Positions 1 through 8,725 of a stretch of 64,000 bases of DNA are shown one piece after another. A program made the translations under genes and the position numbers. This stretch comes from an uncultured Gemmatimonadota bacterium (lineage in GTDB: Bacteria; SM23-81; DAOVCL01). The notes below the pieces were generated by a model. The model did no database searches. It saw nothing but the letters and a program-made list of their open reading frames with translations, and was not told the origin of the DNA. Each line of letters starts with the position of its first letter. Position 1 is the stretch's first letter. The stretch spans positions 141,914 through 205,913 of the forward strand of contig CAZVGK010000001.1 in the NCBI GenBank assembly GCA_964626665.1, given 5' to 3'.

Positions 1-1
1 G

Positions 2-943
2 GAGGCTTCACCTTCCCAGCTCACCCTAATCCTGCACCCCCCGCAGGGTGAGGGGGAGATGCGGTTGGATGTAAACCTCTCTCAGGTGGATTCCTTCCTG
101 AACAGGGTAGCCCTCCAATCACTTAAGGATGCCTATGGGCTGAAAGGGGGAAAGGGTGAGGTAACCGCTAAAACTGGAATGGACCCTGCTGATCAGCTTC
201 ATCTTAAACTTAGTTTAAAAAAGGGGGAAATCGTCGGGGAGATAATTACCCCCAATCCAAAGGTGAAGAGGATAGTTGAGCAAGCCTTACCTCAGGTGAA
301 AAAGATACTCAGTCATGTGGGCATTGAGATGGATGGTCTCAAGGTCTCCTCTTCCCTTGCGCAGGGCAAGTCATCTCGGCCAGCCCATTCCAAACCGGTG
401 GCCTCTAATCTTCATAGCTCTCCGGGGGAAGAGCCAAAGAACTTGAAGATAAGCTTCTCCTCTCAGCCAATAAAACTGCAGACCACCCCTATGCACCACC
501 AATCCCCAACCTCCCACCAGGTTAAGGATCTAAATAACCTCATAGAGCAGCTTATAGGAAAACTTAAGGTAAACCTGCAGCACGGGAGGTCGGAGGCTAT
601 GGTCTCCCTGAAGCCGGACTATCTGGGGCACCTGCAGATAAAGCTCACCCTGGACGGTAAAAGCATTGTAGGAAAGATACTTGTGGACAATCCCCTGGCC
701 AAGAGTCTCATCCAGAACTCCCTACCTCATCTGCGAAGTTCCCTGGTTAACCTGGGCATTCAGGTGGAACACCTTGATGTCTTCGTGGGAGAGAGGTTTC
801 CCTCCCCGCAGCAGAGGTCATCCCCTAAGGGCAAAAGATATCAACCCCGTTTCTCGCCGCAGCCTCTTCTGGGGGCAGAGGCCCTCTCACCACCGTTGGG
901 GGTGAATATGGCTGCTGGAGGGGGAGTGGACTATTTGGCTTAG
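2..943 (+). CDS. fliK: Flagellar hook-length control protein FliK, C-terminal part; reading frame is open to the window edge so the 5' end is probably outside the window
   Basis: C-terminal region (SLKPDYLGHLQIKLTLDGKSIVGKILVDNPLAKSLI) resembles the FliK Flg_hook domain; Pro/Ser-rich linker before it; no in-frame stop between position 2 and the ATG at 59; sits just upstream of flgD. Confidence 0.6.
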   Translation, partial: EASPSQLTLILHPPQGEGEMRLDVNLSQVDSFLNRVALQSLKDAYGLKGGKGEVTAKTGMDPADQLHLKLSLKKGEIVGEIITPNPKVKRIVEQALPQVKKILSHVGIEMDGLKVSSSLAQGKSSRPAHSKPVASNLHSSPGEEPKNLKISFSSQPIKLQTTPMHHQSPTSHQVKDLNNLIEQLIGKLKVNLQHGRSEAMVSLKPDYLGHLQIKLTLDGKSIVGKILVDNPLAKSLIQNSLPHLRSSLVNLGIQVEHLDVFVGERFPSPQQRSSPKGKRYQPRFSPQPLLGAEALSPPLGVNMAAGGGVDYLA

Positions 944-960
944 CCCCCCATAGAAGAGCG

Positions 961-1000
961 AAAACAATCAATTAGCAATGAACAATTATCAATGGAAAAG
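961..1000. repeat. Partial copy of the caattatcaat MITE-like repeat
   Basis: aaaacaatcaattagcaatgaacaattatcaatggaaaag matches the terminal modules of the elements at 8584-8670, 12831-12912 and 30049-30140. Confidence 0.55.
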
Positions 1001-1035
1001 GAAACTGCAGGATTTTCCCTCTTTCAAAAGAAAGA

Positions 1036-1090
1036 GGTGGTAGAACCCCGATTCTGCCACCTACCGCCGTCAGATGAGGGCATCTGACGG
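1036..1090. repeat. Pair of hairpin-forming palindromes (REP-like) in the fliK-flgD spacer
   Basis: ggtggtagaa-ccccga-ttctgccacc and ccgtcagatg-aggg-catctgacgg; same stem sequence family as 4455-4479 and 4646-4669. Confidence 0.6.
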
Positions 1091-1145
1091 CTCAGTCTAA
1101 ATTTCCATTTTCCATCACTCAGGGCTCTGCCCTAACGGCACAGGA

Positions 1146-1205
1146 AAGTTTCATTTTTAATTCTTAATTGCTTTTTTCCGTGAGCTTCCGTGGTAAACTG
1201 TTAGC
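1146..1205. repeat. Repeat that is the inverted copy of 32247-32312
   Basis: Reverse complement matches 32247-32312 closely (estimated by eye at about 90 percent, one 6-nt indel). Confidence 0.7.
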
Positions 1206-1247
1206 CCTCAACAATGAAACCCAAATTTAGAAAGGAGGTGAAAAGAG

Positions 1248-1910
1248 ATGAGCAGCGAAATCATTGCTCCCCTTAGTTCCACAGGCGATCAAACCTCTTA
1301 CTTTACGGGGGGCGCGACCCTGGGGAAGGAGGATTTCCTCAAGCTCCTGATCATACAGCTTCAATATCAGGATCCCCTAAGCCCTATGGAGAACACGGAC
1401 TTTATGGCTCAACTTGCCCAATTCAGTAGCTTGGAACAGCTCCAGAATGTAAACTCCAATCTCCAGGCGAACTTTCTCCTCACCCAATCCCTGAACAACT
1501 CCTTGGCCACTAACCTGATCGGGAAGAGGGTCATTGCCCAGGGCAACCAGGTTTACTTAGCGGGAGATGAGGGGGAGGAGATAACCTTTGCCCTGGCCGC
1601 CGACGCTGGGGTCACCGTAGAGGTCTACGATGCCGCTGGAAACCTGGTGAAGACTCTCAAGGGTGGTGCCCTCTCCTCCGGGAGAAACCAAATCCACTGG
1701 GACGGTAAGGACAGTGATGGCAACCAACTTCCCCCTGGCAACTACACCTACAAGCTTACGGCTACCGACTCCGATGGGAATTCGGTGGATGTAACCACCT
1801 ATAGCACAGGGCTGATCGGTGGGGTCAGGTTCCAGGACGGCAATGCCGTTCTCATAATGGGAGACCAGGAAATTAACCTCTCCGATATAGTGGAGATTCT
1901 TACTCCATAG
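1248..1910 (+). CDS. flgD: Flagellar hook capping/assembly protein FlgD
   Basis: N-terminal motif FLKLLIIQLQYQDPLSPMENTDFMAQLAQFSSLEQL typical of FlgD; C-terminal Ig-like region; AGGAGG RBS before the ATG. Confidence 0.85.
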   Translation: MSSEIIAPLSSTGDQTSYFTGGATLGKEDFLKLLIIQLQYQDPLSPMENTDFMAQLAQFSSLEQLQNVNSNLQANFLLTQSLNNSLATNLIGKRVIAQGNQVYLAGDEGEEITFALAADAGVTVEVYDAAGNLVKTLKGGALSSGRNQIHWDGKDSDGNQLPPGNYTYKLTATDSDGNSVDVTTYSTGLIGGVRFQDGNAVLIMGDQEINLSDIVEILTP

Positions 1911-1926
1911 GGAAGGAGGTGATGAG

Positions 1927-2313
1927 ATGGTCGATATAATCCACGGTGCTCCAGTTAACCCTTTAACTTCTCCCCCTTCACAGGGGAGGAGGCCCCAGCT
2001 ACCCAACAATTCTCAAGCCTTTCGCCAGATCCTCAGCAAAAAGATAGAAGAAGGGAACTACAATTTGAGATTCTCCTCCCATGCAATGCAGAGGCTGGTG
2101 GCCCGGGGCATAAACTTAACCTCTTATGACCTGAATAGGGTTGACGGCGCTGTGGAGAGGGCAAAAGCAAAGGGGGCCAAGGACTCGCTGGTTCTTCTTG
2201 GCGATCTGGCCTTTTTAGTGAGTGTGGAAAACAGAACAGTTATCACCGCCCTGGTGGGCTCCTCCCTGAGGGAGAAGATCTTTACCCACATTGATAGTGC
2301 GGTGATAGCTTAA
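1927..2313 (+). CDS. Small flagellar operon protein of the kind often found between flgD and flgE (TIGR02530-like), function unknown
   Basis: Position between flgD and flgE, size 128 aa, GGAGG RBS; assignment is by synteny and my memory of the family, not by a motif. Confidence 0.4.
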   Translation: MVDIIHGAPVNPLTSPPSQGRRPQLPNNSQAFRQILSKKIEEGNYNLRFSSHAMQRLVARGINLTSYDLNRVDGAVERAKAKGAKDSLVLLGDLAFLVSVENRTVITALVGSSLREKIFTHIDSAVIA

Positions 2314-2392
2314 AACTGGGCTGGACCCCCATAGGGGAAGCCCAGGGTTGCCGAACGACGGAGGCAACCCAGGAAAAAGGGGGTAATTTAAG

Positions 2393-4438
2393 ATGATGCA
2401 GTCACTCTATGCCGGTGTATCCGGATTGAAAAACCATTTAACCAGGATGGATGTCATCGGCAACAACATAGCCAATGTGAACACCATTGGCTTCAAGTCG
2501 GGAAGGGTAACCTTCAAGGAGGCAATGTCCGCCCTCCTGCGGGGGGCTACCAGGCCCTCGTTGGAGAGGGGAGGGGTCAACCCGATGCAGATTGGCTTGG
2601 GGATGGCCATAGGCTCAATTGACAACATCTTCACCCAGGGGAGCTTAGAGACCACAGGCATTATCACCGATCTGGCCCTGCAGGGCGATGGTTTCTTTGT
2701 CCTCAGGGACGGGGAAAAGAGGTATTTTACCCGAGCCGGGGCCTTCCGGGTGGACTCCTTAGGGAGAATGGTTAGCCCTGATGGTCTGATAGTTCAAGGG
2801 AAGATGGCCGATGCCTTAGGGGTGATCGGGTCGGGAACCGCAGTGGGCGATATCACCCTACCCTTTGGCCAGAAGACGGCAGCAAAGGCCACATCGGAGA
2901 TAGGCTTCACCTGTAATCTGGATTCGAGGGAGAGCCCTTTGAGCTCCATCTTTGACTCCAAATCCCTCTTGGCTATTGAGGAGGGAAGCAACGATATGAG
3001 CGGCCTCTATGCCAATGGAAATGCTAACAGCGCACTCGCCCTCACCCCGGGCGATACGGTAACGGTGCAGATAGGCGCCACATCTGTAACCTATACCTAT
3101 GTGGAAACAGACTCCGGAGCCACGGCTGATGACTTTCACACCATCAATGACCTCATAGCCGAGGTGAACAATGATTTTTCCGGCACGATTACCGCAAGCA
3201 TAGACTTGGATGGAGCCATAAACTTCACCAATGGTTCAGGTGGGGATATCACCCTCACCATCACCAGCTCCAATGCCACCCTACAGAGTAGCTTGGGAGC
3301 AGAAGGGGGAGTAAGCATTGCCAATGGGGGGTCTCACCTAAGCGATCAGTTCTCCCATACCTCGATGGGAGGTGATCTCTTGGTTAACCTCAGGGATTCC
3401 GAGGGGAATGGTCTGGAGATTGTAGCCACTGATGTGATCAACATCAGCGGCTCCATCGGGGGAACAGGGATTGGAGCCAGCAGCTTCACCGCTACCTCAT
3501 CAAGTACCCTGACCGATCTGGCTACTGCTATCGAGACTGCTTTTGACACCTCTGCCGCCGCGGGAGGTAGTGACATAGCGGAGGTAACCATCGACAGTGA
3601 TGGTTCTATCAGGGTGGGAACTGTGGCTGGAGCTCCTTCTCAGGTAACATCGGTTACCGTGAACTGCAGTGGAAAACCTGTCTTCAACACGGCGATGACC
3701 TTTATGCAGACTCAGCAGCCCACCACCGTTTCCCACTCCACCTCCATAACTGCATATGACAGCCAGGGGGGAACTCATATAATCACCTTCACCTTCACCA
3801 AGGATGCTACCGCGGAAAACATATGGGACTGGACGGCCTCGGTAGAGGAGCCAGCCACGATGATCAGCGGCTATTCGGGGAAGGTGGAATTCAATACTGA
3901 CGGCTCCCTGAAGAGCTTTAGCTATGATACGGGGAGCAGCTTCAAGTTCGCCCCAGGGACCGGTGCGGATAGCCCGGTGGAGATTAGCCTCAACCCAGGT
4001 GAGATGGGGGGTTTCACTGGCGTCACCCAGTTTGCCTCCCCCTCTACCACCATTGCCTCCAGCCAGGATGGATATGGAATGGGAACCCTGGACTCCATAT
4101 CCATAGGTGAAGATGGGACGATCACCGGCTCCTTCACCAACGGCGTGCTCCGTACCTTGGCCCAGATCTCCCTGGCTTCCTTTAAAAATCCTGAGGGGTT
4201 GAAGAAAGCAGGGGACAGCCTCTACCAGGAGACCACCAACTCCGGACTTCCTCTGATTGGATCAGCAGGAACCACCGTCCACGCCACCATCTCCTCCGGG
4301 GCCTTAGAGATGTCCAATGTGGACCTGGCTCAGGAGTTCGTCAATATGATCGTCGCTCAGAGGGGATTCCAGGCTAACGCCAGGATCATTACCACCAGCG
4401 ATGATATGCTGCGAGAGCTGGTCAACCTGAAGAGGTAA
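2393..4438 (+). CDS. flgE: Flagellar hook protein FlgE (long form with central insertion domains)
   Basis: N-terminal rod/hook domain (SLYAGVSGLKNHLTRMDVIGNNIANVNTIGFK) and C-terminal domain (DLAQEFVNMIVAQRGFQANARIITTSDDMLRELVNL); Ser/Thr/Gly-rich middle. Confidence 0.9.
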   Translation: MMQSLYAGVSGLKNHLTRMDVIGNNIANVNTIGFKSGRVTFKEAMSALLRGATRPSLERGGVNPMQIGLGMAIGSIDNIFTQGSLETTGIITDLALQGDGFFVLRDGEKRYFTRAGAFRVDSLGRMVSPDGLIVQGKMADALGVIGSGTAVGDITLPFGQKTAAKATSEIGFTCNLDSRESPLSSIFDSKSLLAIEEGSNDMSGLYANGNANSALALTPGDTVTVQIGATSVTYTYVETDSGATADDFHTINDLIAEVNNDFSGTITASIDLDGAINFTNGSGGDITLTITSSNATLQSSLGAEGGVSIANGGSHLSDQFSHTSMGGDLLVNLRDSEGNGLEIVATDVINISGSIGGTGIGASSFTATSSSTLTDLATAIETAFDTSAAAGGSDIAEVTIDSDGSIRVGTVAGAPSQVTSVTVNCSGKPVFNTAMTFMQTQQPTTVSHSTSITAYDSQGGTHIITFTFTKDATAENIWDWTASVEEPATMISGYSGKVEFNTDGSLKSFSYDTGSSFKFAPGTGADSPVEISLNPGEMGGFTGVTQFASPSTTIASSQDGYGMGTLDSISIGEDGTITGSFTNGVLRTLAQISLASFKNPEGLKKAGDSLYQETTNSGLPLIGSAGTTVHATISSGALEMSNVDLAQEFVNMIVAQRGFQANARIITTSDDMLRELVNLKR

Positions 4439-4454
4439 TAGTTAAAATGAAAGA

Positions 4455-4479
4455 GGCGGCAGAACTGGGTTCTGCCGCC
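4455..4479. repeat. Perfect palindromic hairpin immediately after the flgE stop
   Basis: ggcggcagaac-tgg-gttctgccgcc; no strong U-run, so REP-like rather than a classic terminator. Confidence 0.6.
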
Positions 4480-4645
4480 ATCCTCTCTTCCCGTCAGGTG
4501 AGGGCACCTACCTGCTCAGGGGTTAATTCTCCCCCACTGGCGGGAGGGTAGCCGCACTTTTAGATTGCGAAAGGACGCAGACTGAAGTCTGCAGCTACCG
4601 GCGGGACAATATAGTAGCTGAGCGGTCAGGTCCCCTGATTTGACC

Positions 4646-4669
4646 GTGGCAGAACAAGGGTTCTGCCAC
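4646..4669. repeat. Second copy of the GGCAGAAC / GTTCTGCC hairpin
   Basis: gtggcagaac-aagg-gttctgccac followed by ctcgttccatttt (compare ttccatttt after the 1036-1090 hairpins). Confidence 0.6.
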
Positions 4670-4727
4670 CTCGTTCCATTTTGTGCCCCCAGCAGCAAAG
4701 TCAAGCTTCGCTAAACTGTGAGGAAGG

Positions 4728-6251
4728 ATGAAGTTATTTTACATCTCCACCTTTCTATCCCTTGTCCTCTTGGTCTCATCCTGTGCCAAGAAGCCGACCA
4801 AGGAAGAGAATCATCCACCGGTAATCAGCGAGCTTAAAGCCAGCAAATTAGCCGTGGATTTCCAAACGGATGTGACCATCACCGCCCAGGTTACCGATCA
4901 GGATGAGGATGAGCTCAGTGCAACCTGGAGGGCTAACTGGGGAAACTTTAAGGCTAGCTCCCAGGATTCGGCCATCTGGACATCGCCTTCTTCCCCAGCT
5001 ATCGCCACCCTGACATTGGTGGTTTCCGATGGAAAGGGGGGAGGGGACAGGGACAGTCTGCAGATAGGGGTGAGGGACAACCCACCCCAAATAACCGGCC
5101 TCATCGCCCGTTCTCCCAACCTCACCTTGGGGGGAGAGACGGTCATCCTTTGCACTGCTTCTGATCCCGATGGGGATACACTCAGCTATGCCTGGGAAGG
5201 GTCTGGAGGGGCCTTCTCGTGGCTCCAGGGCGACTCCTGCGGCTGGGTAGCCCCCTCCCAGGAGGGAATCTATCAAATCACAGTAAAGGTTGTAGATGGG
5301 AAAGGGGGAGAGGTGGGAGACAGCCTCAGTATGAAGGTATATAGGGAGTCTGGATGTTGCTGGGTCTCCGATACCTTTCACGATCAGGTGGTGAAGGTCT
5401 CTCCGCAGGGGATAGTGCTCTTTCGGGTGACAGGCTTCTCCCAGCCCTTTGGTATGGCCGTCAACCCCTTAGAGGAAGCCTGTTGGGTGGCGGATACCTA
5501 CAATAACAGGGTGGTAAAGCTGGATTCTCAGGGAGGAAATGAGGCCATTGTAACAGGATTTCAGGCTCCAAAGGCCCTGTCCTGTTTCTATATTGAAGGG
5601 GCCTGTTGGATAACCGATTCCGGAGGAGATCAGGTGGTGAAGGTCTCTTATGATGGGCAAGAGCTGCTTAGGGTGGGAGGATTCCATTCTCCCCAATCAG
5701 TGGCCGTTGATCAGGCAAACGGAGGCTGTTGGGTGGCTGACACTGGGGGGGATCGGGTCGTTTGGCTCTCCGCAACGGCGCCCGATGGAGCATTGGTGGA
5801 TAGCCTTCCCTCTACGGATGCGCTGATTGTAGGGGGGATGGGTAGTCCGATAGCGGTCTCCGTGAGCAGATTTGATGGCTCCTGCTGGGTAGCGGAGAAG
5901 GACTCCAATAGGGTAGCGAAGATCTCCTCCCAAGGGCAGGTATTGCTGCGCATTCAGGACTTGCAGGCCCCTCAATCGGTAAGCGTAAACTCCCGGGATG
6001 GATGTTGTTGGGTGGCAGATACGGGAGCCAACCGGGTAGTTAAGTTCTCCCCTTCCGGCGATCTCCTCTTAGAGGTGAAGGATCAATTCCACCAGCCATA
6101 CTCCGTAGCGGTGAACCCTACCGATGGTTCTTGTTGGGTGGCAGACACCTATGGCTATCGGGTGGTAAAACTGTCATCTCAAGGTGATCTCCTCTACGCG
6201 ATAGGGGGTTTTACCGCTCCCCGGGCCATCTCAGTGAACCCCGGCCAATGA
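4728..6251 (+). CDS. Predicted lipoprotein: two Ig/PKD-like domains followed by a seven-bladed NHL/YVTN-type beta-propeller; function unknown
   Basis: Signal peptide with lipobox (LLVSSC); seven tandem blades each starting CW[VI][AST]D...R or Q V[VA]K; embedded between flgE and flbD-motAB with host-like codon usage. Confidence 0.7.
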   Translation: MKLFYISTFLSLVLLVSSCAKKPTKEENHPPVISELKASKLAVDFQTDVTITAQVTDQDEDELSATWRANWGNFKASSQDSAIWTSPSSPAIATLTLVVSDGKGGGDRDSLQIGVRDNPPQITGLIARSPNLTLGGETVILCTASDPDGDTLSYAWEGSGGAFSWLQGDSCGWVAPSQEGIYQITVKVVDGKGGEVGDSLSMKVYRESGCCWVSDTFHDQVVKVSPQGIVLFRVTGFSQPFGMAVNPLEEACWVADTYNNRVVKLDSQGGNEAIVTGFQAPKALSCFYIEGACWITDSGGDQVVKVSYDGQELLRVGGFHSPQSVAVDQANGGCWVADTGGDRVVWLSATAPDGALVDSLPSTDALIVGGMGSPIAVSVSRFDGSCWVAEKDSNRVAKISSQGQVLLRIQDLQAPQSVSVNSRDGCCWVADTGANRVVKFSPSGDLLLEVKDQFHQPYSVAVNPTDGSCWVADTYGYRVVKLSSQGDLLYAIGGFTAPRAISVNPGQ

Positions 6252-6448
6252 TCCATCTTAGCAGACTGAATGGAAAACCTTTGGTGATCAATGCGGAGTT
6301 GATAGAGCTCATCGAGAGAACGCCAGATACCATTCTCACCCTGACTACAGGGAGAAAGATAATGGTCAAGGAAGATGTTGCCGAGGTAGTGGAAAAGGTG
6401 AAAGAATATCTGAGGGAAGTTAGAATATGGACATTACCACCTTCATAG
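6248..6448 (+). CDS. flbD: Flagellar protein FlbD
   Basis: 66 aa; MIHLSRLNGKPLVINAELIELIERTPDTILTLTTGRKIMVKEDVAEVVEKV matches the FlbD pattern; directly upstream of motA. Confidence 0.8.
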   Translation: MIHLSRLNGKPLVINAELIELIERTPDTILTLTTGRKIMVKEDVAEVVEKVKEYLREVRIWTLPPS

Positions 6449-7221
6449 GAATCATCAGCGGGGTCTTCGTTCTGGTAGTGGCCATCTTTATGGGTGGGGG
6501 ACTGGCTATCTTTATCAACATCCCCTCTTTGATGGTGGTGGTAGGTGGAACCTTTGCCGCCACCCTGATTAATTTTCCCCTGCCGGAGATGCTCAGGTTG
6601 ATCAAGGTGGTGAAAAACGCCTTCCTGCACAAGGTGATCTCCCCGGTGGAGACGATCAATAAATTGGTTCACTTTGCGGAGATAGCGCGGAAGAACGGTA
6701 TGTTGGCCCTGGACAAAGAGCTGAAGGATATCGAGGATGCTTTCTTAAGGGAGGGGATGCAGTTGGCTGTGGATGGGATGGATCCGGAGCTGATCAGAAA
6801 TGTCTTAGAGGTGGAGAAGGCCTTTTTAGAGGAGAGACATACGGTAGGTCAGGGGATCTGTAAGGCTATAGGCAAATATGCCCCCGCTTTTGGTATGATG
6901 GGGACCCTGATCGGACTTATCCAAATGTTGAGAAGCCTTGATGATCCCTCGAAGATAGGGCCGGGGATGGCCGTGGCCCTGATCACCACCTTCTATGGGG
7001 CGATGATAGCCAACCTCCTCTTCCTCCCCTTGGCGGGAAAGCTGGAGACTCTCTCCCAGCAGGAGATGCTGCTCAAGGATTTGGCCATAGAGGGGATACT
7101 CGCCATCCAGGCCGGGGATAGCCCGCGTATAGTTGAACAGAAGCTACGGGCCTTCCTGGCCCCCCATCTGCGGGCGGGGATAAAGAGAAGAAAAGCGGGG
7201 GGGGAGGAAAGTGGCAATTAA
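6427..7221 (+). CDS. motA: Flagellar motor stator protein MotA
   Basis: MotA/TolQ/ExbB-type membrane protein (YAPAFGMMGTLIGLIQML); followed by motB. Confidence 0.85.
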   Translation: MDITTFIGIISGVFVLVVAIFMGGGLAIFINIPSLMVVVGGTFAATLINFPLPEMLRLIKVVKNAFLHKVISPVETINKLVHFAEIARKNGMLALDKELKDIEDAFLREGMQLAVDGMDPELIRNVLEVEKAFLEERHTVGQGICKAIGKYAPAFGMMGTLIGLIQMLRSLDDPSKIGPGMAVALITTFYGAMIANLLFLPLAGKLETLSQQEMLLKDLAIEGILAIQAGDSPRIVEQKLRAFLAPHLRAGIKRRKAGGEESGN

Positions 7222-7963
7222 GAGAAAGAAGAAAAAGGCAGAGGAGGGAGCACCTGAATGGATGGTCACTTATGGGGATCTGATGACCCTGTTGATGACC
7301 TTCTTCGTTCTGCTCTTCTCCTTCTCCTCCATTCAGGAGTCAAAGTTTAGAAATGCCATTGGTTCCCTGAAGGGTGCTCTTGGCGTGCTGTTAAAGAACC
7401 CCAAGGCAATGAGCCAGATAAAATCTGATTCCCATTTTCTCCCGCAGAGGGAAAAACGATTGATGGAAGCACTGAAAAAGGTGAGAAATCTTTCCCAGGA
7501 GGGAAAGTTCAAAGGGCAGATAAAGCTGATCAAAACAAAGAAGGGATGGTTGATCAGTATTTCCAATCCGGTGATGTTCGATATTGGCAAGGCCGACATA
7601 AAGCTTGGGCTCTATCCGGTCTTGGATATGATTGCCGATGTGATCAGGGCCAAACCGATGGAGGTGCGAGTAGTGGGCCATACCTGCGATCTTCCCATTC
7701 ACACCAGCCAGTTCCCTTCCAACTGGGAGCTTTCGACCACCAGGGCGGTAAATGTGGTAAAATACTTGGAATCCAAGGGTATCCCGGGGGCCAAATTCTC
7801 GGCTGAGGGAAGGTCTAAATACTCCCCCATTGTCCCTAACGACTCGGAGGAGCACAGAAGGTTAAATCGGAGGGTGGAGATATACCTCGATTCTATCAAT
7901 CCCCCGGTGGTGCCAGTAGAATCGATTAACCCTGTCCCATGGTCAGGAAAGGAGAAAAGTTAA
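7211..7963 (+). CDS. motB: Flagellar motor stator protein MotB (OmpA-like C-terminal domain), GTG start
   Basis: N-terminal TM helix, plug region, OmpA-like domain (VGHTCDLPIHTSQFPSNWELSTTRAVNVVKYL...RRVEI); GTG start with G-rich RBS. Confidence 0.85.
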   Translation: MAIKRKKKKAEEGAPEWMVTYGDLMTLLMTFFVLLFSFSSIQESKFRNAIGSLKGALGVLLKNPKAMSQIKSDSHFLPQREKRLMEALKKVRNLSQEGKFKGQIKLIKTKKGWLISISNPVMFDIGKADIKLGLYPVLDMIADVIRAKPMEVRVVGHTCDLPIHTSQFPSNWELSTTRAVNVVKYLESKGIPGAKFSAEGRSKYSPIVPNDSEEHRRLNRRVEIYLDSINPPVVPVESINPVPWSGKEKS

Positions 7964-8550
7964 TGGCAACCAAAAAGACGGAAACTGAAAAAGAGAAGAA
8001 GGGAAACTCACCTGCCGAAGTTCCTGAGGCTAAGGTAAAAAAGGGGGGAGAGGGGGACCAGCCAAAGAAGGGATTTATTCCCGGCAGAATGAAGCTAATC
8101 GCCCTTCCCCTGATTGTGGCGATTATATCCTGGGTGGTCATTACCAAGGTTATCTCCCCAAAGCTACTGGCCCAGAAGAAGGATTTAGAGAAGAAGAAGA
8201 CAGAGCTGAAAGAGGAACCACCCAAGGAGAAGCCAAAGGACGACATGGTCGGCCAGATCTACACCATTGAAAACATTATAGTTAACCCGGCAGATTCTAA
8301 CGGGGAGAGGTTCGTTAAGACTTCCATAGCCTTGGAGATGGAGCAAGCCAAACTTGCCGAAGAGCTCACCAAGAGGGATGTTCAACTACGGGACATATTG
8401 ATAGGCATCTTCACCAGCAAGACGGTAGAGGAAATCACTAACCCCGCCAAGAGGGAAAGTCTCAGACAAGAAATCAAGGGAAAGATAAACTCCCTTCTGG
8501 TAGGTGAAAAAATAAAGAATGTCTATTTCACGGATCTGGTAATCCAATAG
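7963..8550 (+). CDS. fliL: Flagellar basal-body-associated protein FliL
   Basis: Single TM helix plus C-terminal FliL-type domain (IYTIENIIVNPADSNGERFVKTSIALEM); start moved to the internal ATG at 7963, which has an AGGAAAGGAG RBS. Confidence 0.8.
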   Translation: MATKKTETEKEKKGNSPAEVPEAKVKKGGEGDQPKKGFIPGRMKLIALPLIVAIISWVVITKVISPKLLAQKKDLEKKKTELKEEPPKEKPKDDMVGQIYTIENIIVNPADSNGERFVKTSIALEMEQAKLAEELTKRDVQLRDILIGIFTSKTVEEITNPAKRESLRQEIKGKINSLLVGEKIKNVYFTDLVIQ

Positions 8551-8564
8551 GTAACACTTACCAC

Positions 8565-8710
8565 GGAATGGACCTTCATCAATGATCAATTAACAATTAG
8601 CAATGGTCAATTAGCAAGTCTTAAAGAGGGAAAATCCTGAAGTGTCAATTTCCATTGATCATTGATTATTTCTGTGCCAGTCCGTGGCTATCGGTGGTGA
8701 ACAATTATTC
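8565..8710. repeat. Composite MITE-like intergenic repeat in the fliL-fliM spacer
   Basis: ccacggaa ... caattaacaattagcaatggtcaattagcaagtcttaaagagggaaaatcctgaagtgtcaatttccattgatcattg ... tttctgtgccagtccgtggctatcggtggtg. Confidence 0.7.
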
Positions 8711-8725
8711 CAATAGGAAGGAACA

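Noticed and set aside
2314-2392. Hairpin (gggttgcc-N10-ggcaaccc) between the small flagellar operon protein and flgE as a regulatory element
   Set aside because: A single occurrence in a 79-bp spacer that also holds the flgE RBS; could be simple mRNA structure, evidence insufficient.
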